Source: Chrysomallon squamiferum (lineage: Eukaryota; Animalia; Mollusca). Taken from it: a DNA stretch of 64,000 bases. The position numbers and the translations under genes are program-made. Location of the stretch: the NCBI GenBank assembly GCA_012295275.1, contig CM022667.1:7812001-7876000 (forward strand), in the 5' to 3' direction. Positions 36,511 to 48,300 of the stretch are shown piece after piece. The notes under the pieces were generated by a model. That model did no database searches and was not told where the DNA came from. It saw only the letters and a program-made list of their open reading frames with translations. Positions within the stretch are counted from its first letter, which is position 1. Every line of letters starts with the position of its first letter.

Positions 36511-39500
36511 TGCAGAGACAGACACAACTGACAATTCAATTATAAATAAAAAGATTAAAAATTCACCTCCTCGTCACTTTCTGATGGTGGCAGTGTACAA
36601 CCAATAACTCTGACAGACTTGTCTAAATTAAAATAAAAACAGTGAACATCTGATACAACTCTGACAGACTTGTCTAAATTAAAAAAAAAACAGTGAACAT
36701 CTGATACAACTCTGACAGACTTGTCTAAATTAAAACAAAAACAGTGAACATCTGATACAACTCTGACAGACTTGTCTAAATTAAAAAAAACAGTGAACAT
36801 CTGATACAACCAGATAAATTTAAAATTGTTTTTATTTTAAATTAAATTTAAAAAAATATAAAATATCTGGAACTATCAGATAACTATAAACTTGTCTTTA
36901 GTATAAATTAAATTTAAAAATAAATAAATAAACATCTGGAACTATCAGATAAATGTAAACATGTCTTTATTTTACCATTTTTTAAATACAGTAATCTAAA
37001 ATACTGCTAAAACTATTATTTTGCTCTTCATCATACTGCAAGTTGTTAATTCTGTGTTAGTCAGTTTCCATGTAACTATCTGCTATGATGAATGAATAAT
37101 ATATCAAAATGATTACATAAGAATATAATGAAACTGGAGAAGAAATTCTGAGTTTCTGCTAAAACTGTCTGTAATAAATAACATTACCACTTTTTTTCTT
37201 CTTTTTTCTCTTCTTTTTGTGTCTTGGTCCGATTCCCTGCCCTTCCTTCCATCCCATCTTCCTCAGAAGTCTCACACCAACAGACAGCCTAGTGAAAAAT
37301 ACAGACTAGTTGTAACAAAATCACTCCAGACAGCCTAGTGAAAAATACAGACTAGTTTTAATAAAATCACTCCACAGACAGCCTAGTGAAAAATACAGAC
37401 TAGTTGTAATAAAATCACTCCACAGACAGCCTAGTGAAAAATACTAACTAGTTTTAACAAAATCACTCCACTAAAACTGACAGCCTAGTGAAAAATACAG
37501 ACTAGTTGTAATAAAATCACTCCACAGACAGCCTAGTGAAAAATACTAACTAGTTTTAACAAAATCACTCCACTAAAACTGACAGCCTAGTGAAAAATAC
37601 AGACTAGTTGTAACAAAATCACTCCAGACAGCCTAGTGAAAAATACTAACTAGTTTTAGCAAAATCACTCCAGACAGCCTAGTGAAGAATAGTAACTAGT
37701 TTTAACAAAATCACTCCGCTAAAACAGACAGCCTAATGAAAAAAATACTAACTAGTTTTAACAAAATCACTCCACTGACAGCCTAGTGAAAAATACTAAC
37801 TAGTTTTAACAAAATCACTCCACTAAAACTGACAGCCTAGTGAAAAATACAAACAAATAATAATTAAAACAATAAAGACGTAAAATTATTGTTTTTAAAA
37901 TAGAAAAATTCACAGAGCACCATTTCTCTGACAATTATAGCAATAGTAGTTTCTACAATTTTTATCAAGCTTTTAAATTCATTTAACTAAATCATCAAAT
38001 AACTATGAAATTTTGAGACACAAAATATGAAGCTAAAATTTTGGAAATGATGAAGAAAAGCTATTTAACAAATCTAGAAATTGTTATAAATCTCACTGGT
38101 TCTGTGGAAACTGGACAGAACTGATTTAATCTATCAAGAACATTTACATAAATCTCAGTCTCTGTAAATTCGGGAGACAATGCACTTAAAATAAATCTGT
38201 GTAAAGTATTTACGAATTAAAAATTTATGACAACAACTGAATAAAGTATTATCAACTGACTTTTCAGGTATTACAAGGTCTACAAGAGCAGGTTCTCCTG
38301 GTATTGTGGAGGAACTTGCCAAGGAAGTAGCCAGAACTTTTCGTTTGCGATTTCTCTCCTCGGAGGTGTATTCTGAAGATGTAGTAAACTGTTTTGGTGC
38401 AATTCCATGTTCTCCCATGTCCTTCACAAGCAGAAACAAATATTTAAAAACTGAACTATAAAAATAACTTTAAAACAAAGACAAAGATAAAGGATTAGAA
38501 GACAGGGAAAACCAAATGAGCTTTTTAAACAATGTTGATTGTTGATAAATATATTTCATTATTACATAATATATTTTAAAATGTTATTTTTACACAAAAA
38601 CAGTCTAGTAATTGGCTATAAATTTGTTTTTTAATACTATTAATGTATTATAATTCAACCAAATAATACAAGAATTTAGAAAATTAGTTAGATAAATTTG
38701 CAGATTTATTCTTATTCAGAGAGATATTTAAAAGTAAAATATTAAAATTTACCTCTTCATCCATGAAATCTTCAACATTCTGAGATAAAGATTCAGCTTT
38801 TGCTTTTCTTGAAGATACAAATGTGGAAGGCGTGAAACCTAAAACAAAAATAAAAATAAAAACATATCTCTGTTAACATGTTTTAATGGATATAAAATAT
38901 CTGATTTTAAAATTAACAACTACTGCTTGTAAATTATTTGTAATGAACATCTAGGAGATAAGAACAATTTTCTGGGTTACTCTTACAAACAGAAAACAAA
39001 GAATCTTCATACACCTTCCTTTTGGTAGCAAATCATAATACAGTGTTTTTAATCAAGTTCTTATTCCAAAGGTTGAATTGGAAATTGCCCAGTGATATAC
39101 GAGATATGAATAAGACAACTGTCAAACATTAATTTATTATTATTATTGGTTTTATTCTAAATGATTAAAAAATATGAAATATTTATTAAAATTCTTTCTG
39201 TTTGTTTGTGACAAGTTCTGTGAGGAAACACATATTTTAAACAGTGTCAGCCAACATTTTTTACTTTTAGTAACCAAATCACAGATGAAACTGACAGGAT
39301 TTATTCTTTATAAAATAAATAAATAAAACATTAAAAGTGAAAACAATTATTAACAAGTAAAGAAAATAAATTTAATACCAATCTGCTTAAGCATTTCTTT
39401 CATTTTAATCACATTTTTATTAATATTACAATAAGAGTTAAAACTTATGCTATTTAACCTTCTTTGGATCCAACAGTATTGAAGAAACCAGCTGAAAATC

Positions 39501-39595
39501 CACCAGTAAATGCTCCATGAAACCGTGATCTTCCTTTTGAATCTTTTGCTTGAAGATCATAAATGGATACTGGTTTCTTGATAGGTTCATCTGTT

Positions 39596-39675
<80 letters not shown>

Positions 39676-40141
39676 AAGAAGAAGAAGAAGAGAGTGAGAG
39701 ATGTTAATGAAATTGATGAAACATAACAAGGCTCAGCTGAAAAACTGATCTGTATACGTCTTAAATTCCTTTTTAAATACGATAAACACAATTATTACAA
39801 TTTTACTTCTTCAGTAAATATTTGTTTTATTATCATTTTATTTTTATTTATTTATTTAAATTTTTTTTTTTTTTTTTTTTTTTGTAACATATTATATTAT
39901 TTGTTTTATTACTCATGCAGTGCTAAATCGGTTTAACTTAAAATCATAATTGCACTTTTTGCAGTCGATTTTTTCTCTACATAATTTATTATAATAAAAA
40001 AAAAAACAATTATTTTATAATGCATCAGTGGTTATAACAATAGTTTCAAGTAACAGAAAGCAAATGACCATCTTCGAACACTTCTAATGGAGTGCCAAGA
40101 GTTACAAAAGTCTCTTCATCAGAATCCATGGAAGCTGACAT
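26590..40141 (-). CDS. GPATCH1: G-patch domain-containing protein 1 (20 exons, ~939 aa)
   Basis: Phase-consistent exons 40141-40069, 39590-39459, 38838-38753, 38421-38261, 37288-37188, 36622-36567, 36133-35921, 35608-35470, 34824-34564, 34234-34059, 33775-33640, 33210-33035, 32720-32593, 31557-31424, 30914-30721, 30182-29984, 29837-29700, 28912-28782, 28412-28270 and 26632-26590. Motifs: [24 protein letters not shown]-patch [66 protein letters not shown]. The last exon (RAVDYF*) is less certain. Confidence 0.92.
27440..27620 (-). mobile_element. Possible decayed SINE (Meta-type core) fragment in the last GPATCH1 intron
   Basis: Minus-strand AAAAGATACCTTGCTGCTAAG resembles the central core of invertebrate MetaSINEs as recalled from memory; not verified by search. 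Confidence 0.3.
31886..32607 (-). repeat. 36-bp minisatellite made of the GPATCH1 exon 13 3' end plus its 5' splice donor (~19 donor copies)
   Basis: mRNA-sense unit agattcattgttcacacccatacccagg|gtaagtac; the copy adjoining the exon is the true junction at 32593/32592. Confidence 0.93.
36606..36810 (-). repeat. 51-bp tandem repeat (4 copies) containing the GPATCH1 exon 6 acceptor
   Basis: The junction ..aatttag|acaagtctgtcagagtt occurs with AG at 36623/4, 36674/5, 36725/6 and 36776/7. Confidence 0.92.
37282..37851 (-). repeat. 46-54-bp minisatellite (12 copies) containing the GPATCH1 exon 5 (G-patch exon) acceptor
   Basis: The junction tttttcactag|gctgtc is repeated from 37289 to 37837. Confidence 0.92.
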
Positions 40142-40512
40142 GTTGTAAACACTATTCCGTATTCGCCGCATAAAATGTATCTTATATTGGATTGGTTAAT
40201 ATAATTAATACAAATGTCATCATGGAATTAAAGATATGATTGGTTTTCTGCCTATAATTTTATTAGGTTATTCATTAAAATATAAAAAATATAAAATAAC
40301 ATGCTGACTAAGATTTATCAACAAATCATTTGTCCAATAACATTAGTAAATATGTTTTCTGCACGGGTCAAAATACGGAAGTGTCCTAATACGCATGCTC
40401 AACTCTATCCCAGAGAGTTTCGCCTGCAGTTGTAAAGGTGATACTTTTTGCTGTAAATTGCTTACAAATTATGCATCATAATGCAGTTTGATGTGTTTCG
40501 TGAGCTTGGAAG
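40142..40512. promoter_or_regulatory. Compact bidirectional promoter between GPATCH1 and SOCS6
   Basis: Start codons diverge 371 bp apart. ATTGG/CCAAT boxes at ~40186-40195, ~40240 and ~40334, ETS site CGGAAGTG at 40376-40383, NRF1-like ACGCATGCTC at 40391-40400. Confidence 0.65.
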
Positions 40513-41745
40513 ATGATGAAGAAAATAACTTTTAAGGGGATAAAGCTTTCAACACAAAGACGCAATCGAGGTACGTCTCCAAAACACGAAGTTATGAGTT
40601 GCGATGCAGAGATAACCCGTGAATGTTCCAATTTGACAAATGACTCACAAGGTTTATCACAACAGAACTATGCAGACGAACACACAACGACGGAATCAGA
40701 CGCAAATCACAGAAAAAGAGACAAGATAGGTATACTACGAAATTTAAGACGGAAATTTACGCAATCAGTAAATCGAAAGACTGACGAAACGGAAGGTAAT
40801 AATGTTGAAGAATGTCCAAATACTGCTTTAAAATTAGAAACAAAGAAATCCAAGCCAAAAGGTAAACATTTGGTTGTGTTGTGTGAAAAAAATGTAATAT
40901 CAAGTCCACCTTCCCATAGTTGTGACAGTTTAAGTTGTAATGGACAGACTTACACTTCACCAAAGATTAGTGAAATGCATTCCAATACAAATAGTAATGA
41001 TTTTGATCTGAGGAGAGAAAAGGCCAGTTGTCGAACAAAAGATATTTCAAAATTTCATCCAGATTGTTGTGCAAGAGGTGATTACAATAGTGAAGATTCA
41101 GGAGAAGGCAGTTCACGGCGCAGCATAACAATAGGAGGTCGACATCTTTTGTGCCAGGCCATCCCGACATACGAATCATGTGAAACTTTTGACATGTCTC
41201 ACAAGTTTGGTCTTGGATGTCATGACTTTCTGCAGCCAAAAGAATGGAGCCTTACCCACGAACTGTTCCGTCTTTCTAAGTTTGGATGGTACTGGGGTCC
41301 GATCACACGCAATGAGGCAGAAGAAAAACTCGCACACCAATCAGACGGTGCTTTTCTTGTGCGAGACAGTTCTGACGAGCGATATTTGTTAAGTTTAAGC
41401 TTTCGTTCCTATGGCAGAACGCTACACACCCGAATAGAACACTGTAATGGCATGTTTAGTTTCTATGCACAACCTGACACCGAGGGCTACCCTTCCATTG
41501 TGGATCTGATAGAACACTCCATGAACGATTCTCAGACAGGAATATTCTGTTACTCAAGGTCGCGGTCACCTGGTGCCCCATCATTCCCAGTGAGACTTAC
41601 AAAGCCAGTGTCTAGATTTACTCAAATTAGGACTTTACAATATCTGTGTCGTTTTGTTATCAGACAATACACGCGCTACGACCACATCCAGCAGCTTCCA
41701 CTCCCCACCAGTGTCAAAGGGTGGATAGAAGAGAATCAGTACTGA
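40513..41745 (+). CDS. SOCS6: Suppressor of cytokine signaling 6 (SH2 plus SOCS box), uninterrupted CDS, 410 aa
   Basis: N-terminal MKKITFK, SH2 GWYWGPITR.EAE.KL...DG.FLVRDSSD.RYLLSLSFRS.G.TLHTRIEH, FCYSRSR, and SOCS box LQYLCRFVIRQYTR.D.IQ.LPLP all match the SOCS6 subfamily. Confidence 0.93.
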   Translation: MMKKITFKGIKLSTQRRNRGTSPKHEVMSCDAEITRECSNLTNDSQGLSQQNYADEHTTTESDANHRKRDKIGILRNLRRKFTQSVNRKTDETEGNNVEECPNTALKLETKKSKPKGKHLVVLCEKNVISSPPSHSCDSLSCNGQTYTSPKISEMHSNTNSNDFDLRREKASCRTKDISKFHPDCCARGDYNSEDSGEGSSRRSITIGGRHLLCQAIPTYESCETFDMSHKFGLGCHDFLQPKEWSLTHELFRLSKFGWYWGPITRNEAEEKLAHQSDGAFLVRDSSDERYLLSLSFRSYGRTLHTRIEHCNGMFSFYAQPDTEGYPSIVDLIEHSMNDSQTGIFCYSRSRSPGAPSFPVRLTKPVSRFTQIRTLQYLCRFVIRQYTRYDHIQQLPLPTSVKGWIEENQY

Positions 41746-44552
41746 CTTTGTTGTAGCAGTGCCATGGCAACGCATGTCATGTCCTGTGAAGTGACGTTAC
41801 ACTGGGAATACGTAAACCTGCCTGTCTCAGTCCGCATGGCTCATCTCATTGTGTGAAGTTGTTTTTGTTGCGTAACAGAGAAAACACAAATCTGTCTATA
41901 ATAGCATTGTTAAATCCTTTTGTGAATACACTGTGGTTTATAGTGATGTCTTCAGATCTTTTGTTTGCTTTTAGAGCTGTTCTTTCCTCCTTTCTTTCTT
42001 TATTTATTTATTTATTTATTTCAGAAGAGTAAATATTTTAAGTCCCAAAATCATATCAACTCTGTCTCAAGCTGTTTAAAAGGATACATATTATATAATA
42101 ACCCAAGTTTCTTTTTATTATTAACCAATATAACTAGAATAAATTAATATAACATGTATCCACTAAAATTAAATAAAGTAAAATTAAAATGTCTCAGTTA
42201 TAAATCAAAACAATAGACTATTTTCAGCTTACTGCATGAGGCAGAAATATTTTTTGATGAAGTTTACTTGGTACAATAAAATGAAAAGATTTTGAAATGG
42301 CCAGTTATGTGGTAACATTAACAGTTGTACTGTTTGTGTCATGTTGTAGTCAGTGTTTATTTAATCCTCAGAACTATACTTAACAGATTACATACTAGCC
42401 ATATTATTCATATCAGTTTGAGTATGTGTGTTATTTTATTTATTTATTTTCTTTTATGCGTGTGGGTGTGATTTTATTTTTCTGAAATCTGTGTGCAACA
42501 TGACAACATTTCTTAAATTATTATATAAACAAAAGTACTTAAATGGAATATTTAAAAAATAATTAACATGATTTTTAGTAATAATTAATATACATTAATT
42601 CAGAATACAGAATGAGTTCAAATATATACTAGTTTTGTGAACATAGCAGATAACTGAATTCATGTTAAGCTGAATTGTTGTTATTATGTACAGAAAAAAT
42701 GGTATTTGCTTAAAGCAAAGTTTATATTTTACATATTTTCCTCAATACAATCACTTGTACTCAGTGGTTGATCTAAGTAATGAAGATTCTAACAGCACAC
42801 CTGGGAGGTGCCACATGACATATTTATAATGGTTCATTGGCAAGAGATATTTTCATAAGCTTTTTCAATAAGGCAGGGAAAGCTTATAACATAAATACAT
42901 GGTGTGTGTGTGATAGAATTTTAGCATACCAGTACACTGTAGACTTCCGAGTCTCTTCTCTAGAACAGTATGCCAGCTCCTGAGTGAATTAATTCACAGT
43001 CAGAATACCTTTTGTATACTTGACAAAACTGTTTCAGACATCTCTGATAACAATGAAATAAGAATATTACAAAAAACTCGACAGGAACAACTTTAATGTT
43101 AAACAACTTATCACTAATATGTTAGGCAATACAATAAAAACCATTACTGCACATTATTCTCATTGGTAAGAATTATTTTATATTCACTTTATTATAGACG
43201 GGGAAAACATGCAATAAGTTACTAATACATTATTTCTGGTGATGGTTAGATTGGGAAATTTGCAAGTGGTGTGTTAGTAATAAACAATCTACAACCTGTC
43301 ACAACTTGGACTGCTTCTTCATGTTGGGAAAAATATACCCTGAAGCAACCGTTATCATAAAATTATAAAAAAAAATTACTATTTTATTTTATAAACTTAC
43401 TACATAACCTGCAAAAGAACATTTTCAAATACAATCTGTGATTCAATTTATAACTATTATAAACCAAATCAAGAAACAAATGTTTTTTTATTTGATATGA
43501 CGTAACATTAATTATGAAGACAACAAAGGGATACAATCCTTTTCTGAGACAAGAGCCGAGAGCATCATCACAGAATGACATTAATGATTTTTTCATTTTT
43601 ATTTTATTCTTTCTTTTTTTTTTGCTTCAGTGTTCATTCATATATGCATACTGATTATTTTCAGCACTCTTGATGATTTAAAATGGTTAATAACACATTT
43701 GTTTTCTTAACAGCTTAACAGAAAACACAATGGACATGAAGAAGGGTGTTACTTATACTGAGTTAATCTAAAAATCAGATTTCAATACATTCTTACAGTT
43801 CTTCCTAATCTTATTCCTTATTCTGAAGAGACCATACATTTTTAAAGTATTTAAAAACTAAACATCGGTGGTGAATTAAAACCTTATTTAATAAACTTAA
43901 GCAACAAAATGAAACGCAGGACTGCTTTTACAAAAAGTTTATTGAAAATCAAATTACACAATTCAAACATTTCCATTGACTTGTCCTTTTAAAAAAAAAA
44001 AGAAAGATAATTGATAATAAAAAGATAAGTTATTTTTAAAACATGAAGTTTAAAGCAACAAAACTGATCTAAATACATTTTTGTAGACTTGAGTGTTATT
44101 TATTTTCAGTTAATAATAATGCATGACAGTAAATGTGAAGAGCTATACAACATTTAAAAAGTGGTTATTTCCCTTTACCACTAGTAATTAAATAATTTCA
44201 GAGTTTGGCCCAATAATCTCCATTTTTCTAACTCTAGCAAAACTAATTTTAATTTTTTTTTATAAAAAAACAACAACCCCATAAGCAATAAAAAAAAATG
44301 TGTTTAATGCTCTTTATTTCTCTCAAATTTCAATGATCCGATTTTCCACATCAACATACAATAAATGTAGAATAATGGGAAAGAGAACAGAACTATTTTA
44401 GAGTCATGTTTTGTTACTAATTACCTCTGGTCATTAAAACAAATATATCAACAGATGAAGGTTTTTTGTTTATACCACAACATGTACCCAAATCTATGTC
44501 ATAAACCTAATGGTGACCTGGCAGGCAGTTTTCACTGCAAGCATCATATGAA

Positions 44553-45278
44553 TCATCTGCTTCGAGAATTCCACCCTAGAACATTGCGACCCTACAAAAA
44601 CAAAAAAAACATTTAATTCTGTTTTTAAAAAGTGTGGAATTCTTAACAAAAGGTAGTAAATTAATATAAAGTCAACAAGTGTTAACTGTGTCATCAATGT
44701 ATTTTGTAAGCTTTCGTCTGTTTTGTTGTAATTGGAGCCCAATCTTTGCTGATTAATAAATTTGAATAAAAAAAAAATCCAGTGTATTCAACTGCTGATG
44801 TGTGCTAATTAGAATTGTGAAAGATGGTAAAGAAAGAGATAATAAACTTTATCAGTGATTTAGTGAATTCTTTTTATTTATCATCAGTGAGCAACTCACA
44901 GAAAAAGGTATCTCAGATGTTCCTTTATTTGCGTACTTTATTATTAATATATGGAAGTATATATATATTGTTTAAAATTTATAAATGTTCAAAAACAAAA
45001 ACAAAAAACTCAAGATATTTAATAAAATAATATAAAATGCAATGTAGTTAATTACACTAAAATAATTTTTAATTTTTAAATATTGTTACCATAATGTACA
45101 TTCCTGTGAGGCCTTCTTTCACCACATCCCCACACTGACTAAACTGTGAAAAAAAATAATAATATGTCAAATTAACTACACATTTTTAATAACTTACTGT
45201 GGAAATCAGAATAATAGATTCTGAGAGAGACAACTTTTCAAGTTACTCAGTTAATTATTTTTATTTGTATTTATTAAA

Positions 45279-45336
<58 letters not shown>

Positions 45337-48300
45337 GATATTATTATTATTTTTAATAAATTAATCTGAATGAACACTGATATTAAAAAAAATTACATTT
45401 TTGGCAGCTGATCCAAGTTCAGTAAGATTGTCCAGTCGTCTGTCCAGAAATGACCAAGTCTCTGCACAGTCCACTGACCGGTCTTGTGTCATGAAAACCT
45501 CAGTGGTCTTGTAGACCACCGCAAGAGATACTCTTTTAGTGTACCAGTTGAACTGAAATATAAATAACATTATTAACTTCTAGTGTACCAGTTGAACTGA
45601 AATATAAATAACATTATTAACTTTAGTGTACCACCTGAACTGAAATATAAATAACATTATTAACTTTAAGCTGAACTGAAATATAAATAACATTATTAAC
45701 TTCTAGTGTACCAGTTGAACTGAAATATAAATAACATTATTAACTTCTAGTGTACCAGCTGAACTGAAATATAAATAACATTATTAACTTCTAGTGTACC
45801 AGCTGAACTGAAATATAAATAACATTATTAACTTTAGTGTACCAGCTGAACTGAAATATAAATAACATTATTAACTTCTAGTGTACCAGTTGAACTGAAA
45901 TATAAATAACATTATTAACTTTAGTGTACCAGTTGAACTGAAATATAAATAACATTATTAACTTTTAGTGTATCATGAACTGAAATATAAATAACATTAT
46001 TAACTTCTAGTGTACCAGCTGAACTGAAATATAAATAACATTATTAACTTCTAGTGTACCAGTTGAACTGAAATATAAATAACATTATTAACTTTTAGTG
46101 TATCATGAAATAAAATATAAATAACATTATTAACTTTTAGTGTATCATGAACTGAAATATGAATAACATTATTAACTTTTAGTGTACCAGCTGAACTGAA
46201 ATATGAATAACATTAATTTTTTATAGTGTATCATGAACTGAAATATAAATAACATATCACTTGAATTATTAATTTCTTATAGTGTATCATGAACTGAAAT
46301 AAAATAATATCTCTTGGTCTATCAATTATTTATAGGGTTTATATATGTATATTAATTTAAAAATTATTTCAAACATATAATTTACAGAAAATATTTTTAT
46401 AATTATTTAAATCATAATTTACATATATACATATTAATTTTAAAATTGTATTAAACACACTATTAACACATAAATTTCACAAACTTACATCAACTGACTC
46501 ATCTCCAGAGTAGTGCCAGATGTCATCTGACAGCTGAGCCAAGTTTTTCCAGGAATGAAGAGCATTCTGAGGCAAAGCTTGGATCGCCATAGCCTAGTCA
46601 GAAAATTTCTGTTTTATTTGTTAAACATTCACGTACAAATATCACACATGATACAACAGTTAATCTTAAAGACTGTCCAGTTTTGTTTATCAAACAAATC
46701 CACAGTTACAATAACAGATCTGTGAAAAATAATGAAAATTTGAAAAGTTTCAACTCATTTTATTTTCAATGTGGCTTGTTTGTAAATAAAATATATTAAA
46801 AATTTTTTTTTTTTTTTAATGAAATTAATTAATTAATTTTATTTTATTTTATTTTTTATTGAAATTTTTTTTTTAATTCTATTTTTTTATTATTATTATT
46901 AAAAAAATAATATTAACAAAAATGTAACAAGTTAAAATTACCTGAGGCCACTGATCCAGGTAAGGTATAATCATTCTCAGTCTTTCTTCTAGAGCACTTC
47001 GAATAAATGGTCTTGTCTTTGGTTTGCTGAAAAATAAACAAACTGAATCAAGAAAACTGATTTAACAAAAGAAATTTGACACTTTTTGTAATAACTGCAA
47101 ATATAACATAATTTTCAAAGTGCATCTTTCTATTGGCTTTATAGAAAAAAAGGTAGCAAGAACTATAAAATCACAAACATACAGAAATGGTCAACTACGT
47201 GCATATTGCCATCAGACATTCTTTACATCAACAGAGCTGAAACAAAAGCAATAAATATCAAAATAAAATTTGATTATTATATTTAGCACAGGTTAGACTA
47301 CTCTTTATGACATCACATATTAATAATTTTTTTTTTTTTTTTTTTACCTTACACCCTTTGAATTGAGTTCTTCCACTTCTGCTTTGAGTTTCTTTGCAAG
47401 CTTCTCATTGGACGTTTGATAAAAATACTCAATGAGCTCAGCTCCCCCTCGTGGAAACATCCCATGAGCAATGGACGGGTAGCCCTCCACCTCAGCCCCT
47501 GACAACATAAACACAACAGTTGTTAGTCTACTTACTACATTTTAATAAGCCTGTGTAAAGGAAATGTCAATCTTTCAGACTTTTATATATAAAATGACTG
47601 TGAATAACCACTGTGTTTAAAAACTCAGCACAGTTTTCTGACACAAACAAACTAACAAATTGTGAAAATTTTCAGACATTGCCCTCTCACAAAAATAAAA
47701 ACAGGATCTAGTAACTTAGTAGGTGGTGAGTTTCAAGATGGCCACACTCACCTGCAGACAGACTTTTTTTTGTCCAGCCATGAACAGAAACAAACGGTAA
47801 AGAAGCTTTTAGAATTTTATCTCGGATCTGATGATCCTCTTCTTCAAAATGGTCGGAATAATCACTGAAATTAAGAGTCAAATATCTTATTTAGTAAAAA
47901 GATTTAAAACACTGTCTATGATAAAAAATTTGTTAATTATAATAGTTTTATTTTTTAATTTATTTTTTATTATTATTTTATTTTATTTTATTTCATTTTT
48001 TTATTTTTTATTTTATTTTGTTAATGTCTTTTAAAACTGTGCTTCATTACTTCTGTTCTGTTGTAAGTTTATAAATTACTATAACAAATACAATGTTGAT
48101 TTTTGCATCTAACCAAATTCTTCATCTGCTGAAGGCATTTAAAGAAAAATTTATCTGATCCCAGAATGCTCTTATTGAAAGTTTAGTACATTCTTCAAAT
48201 ACATTTTCAAAAAATAAAATAAAATACGAAACATTCTATATGCTTTTTTCTGTTTAGATTTTAAAATTCATATTATCAAGAGTCTGTTCCACTGAGTAAA

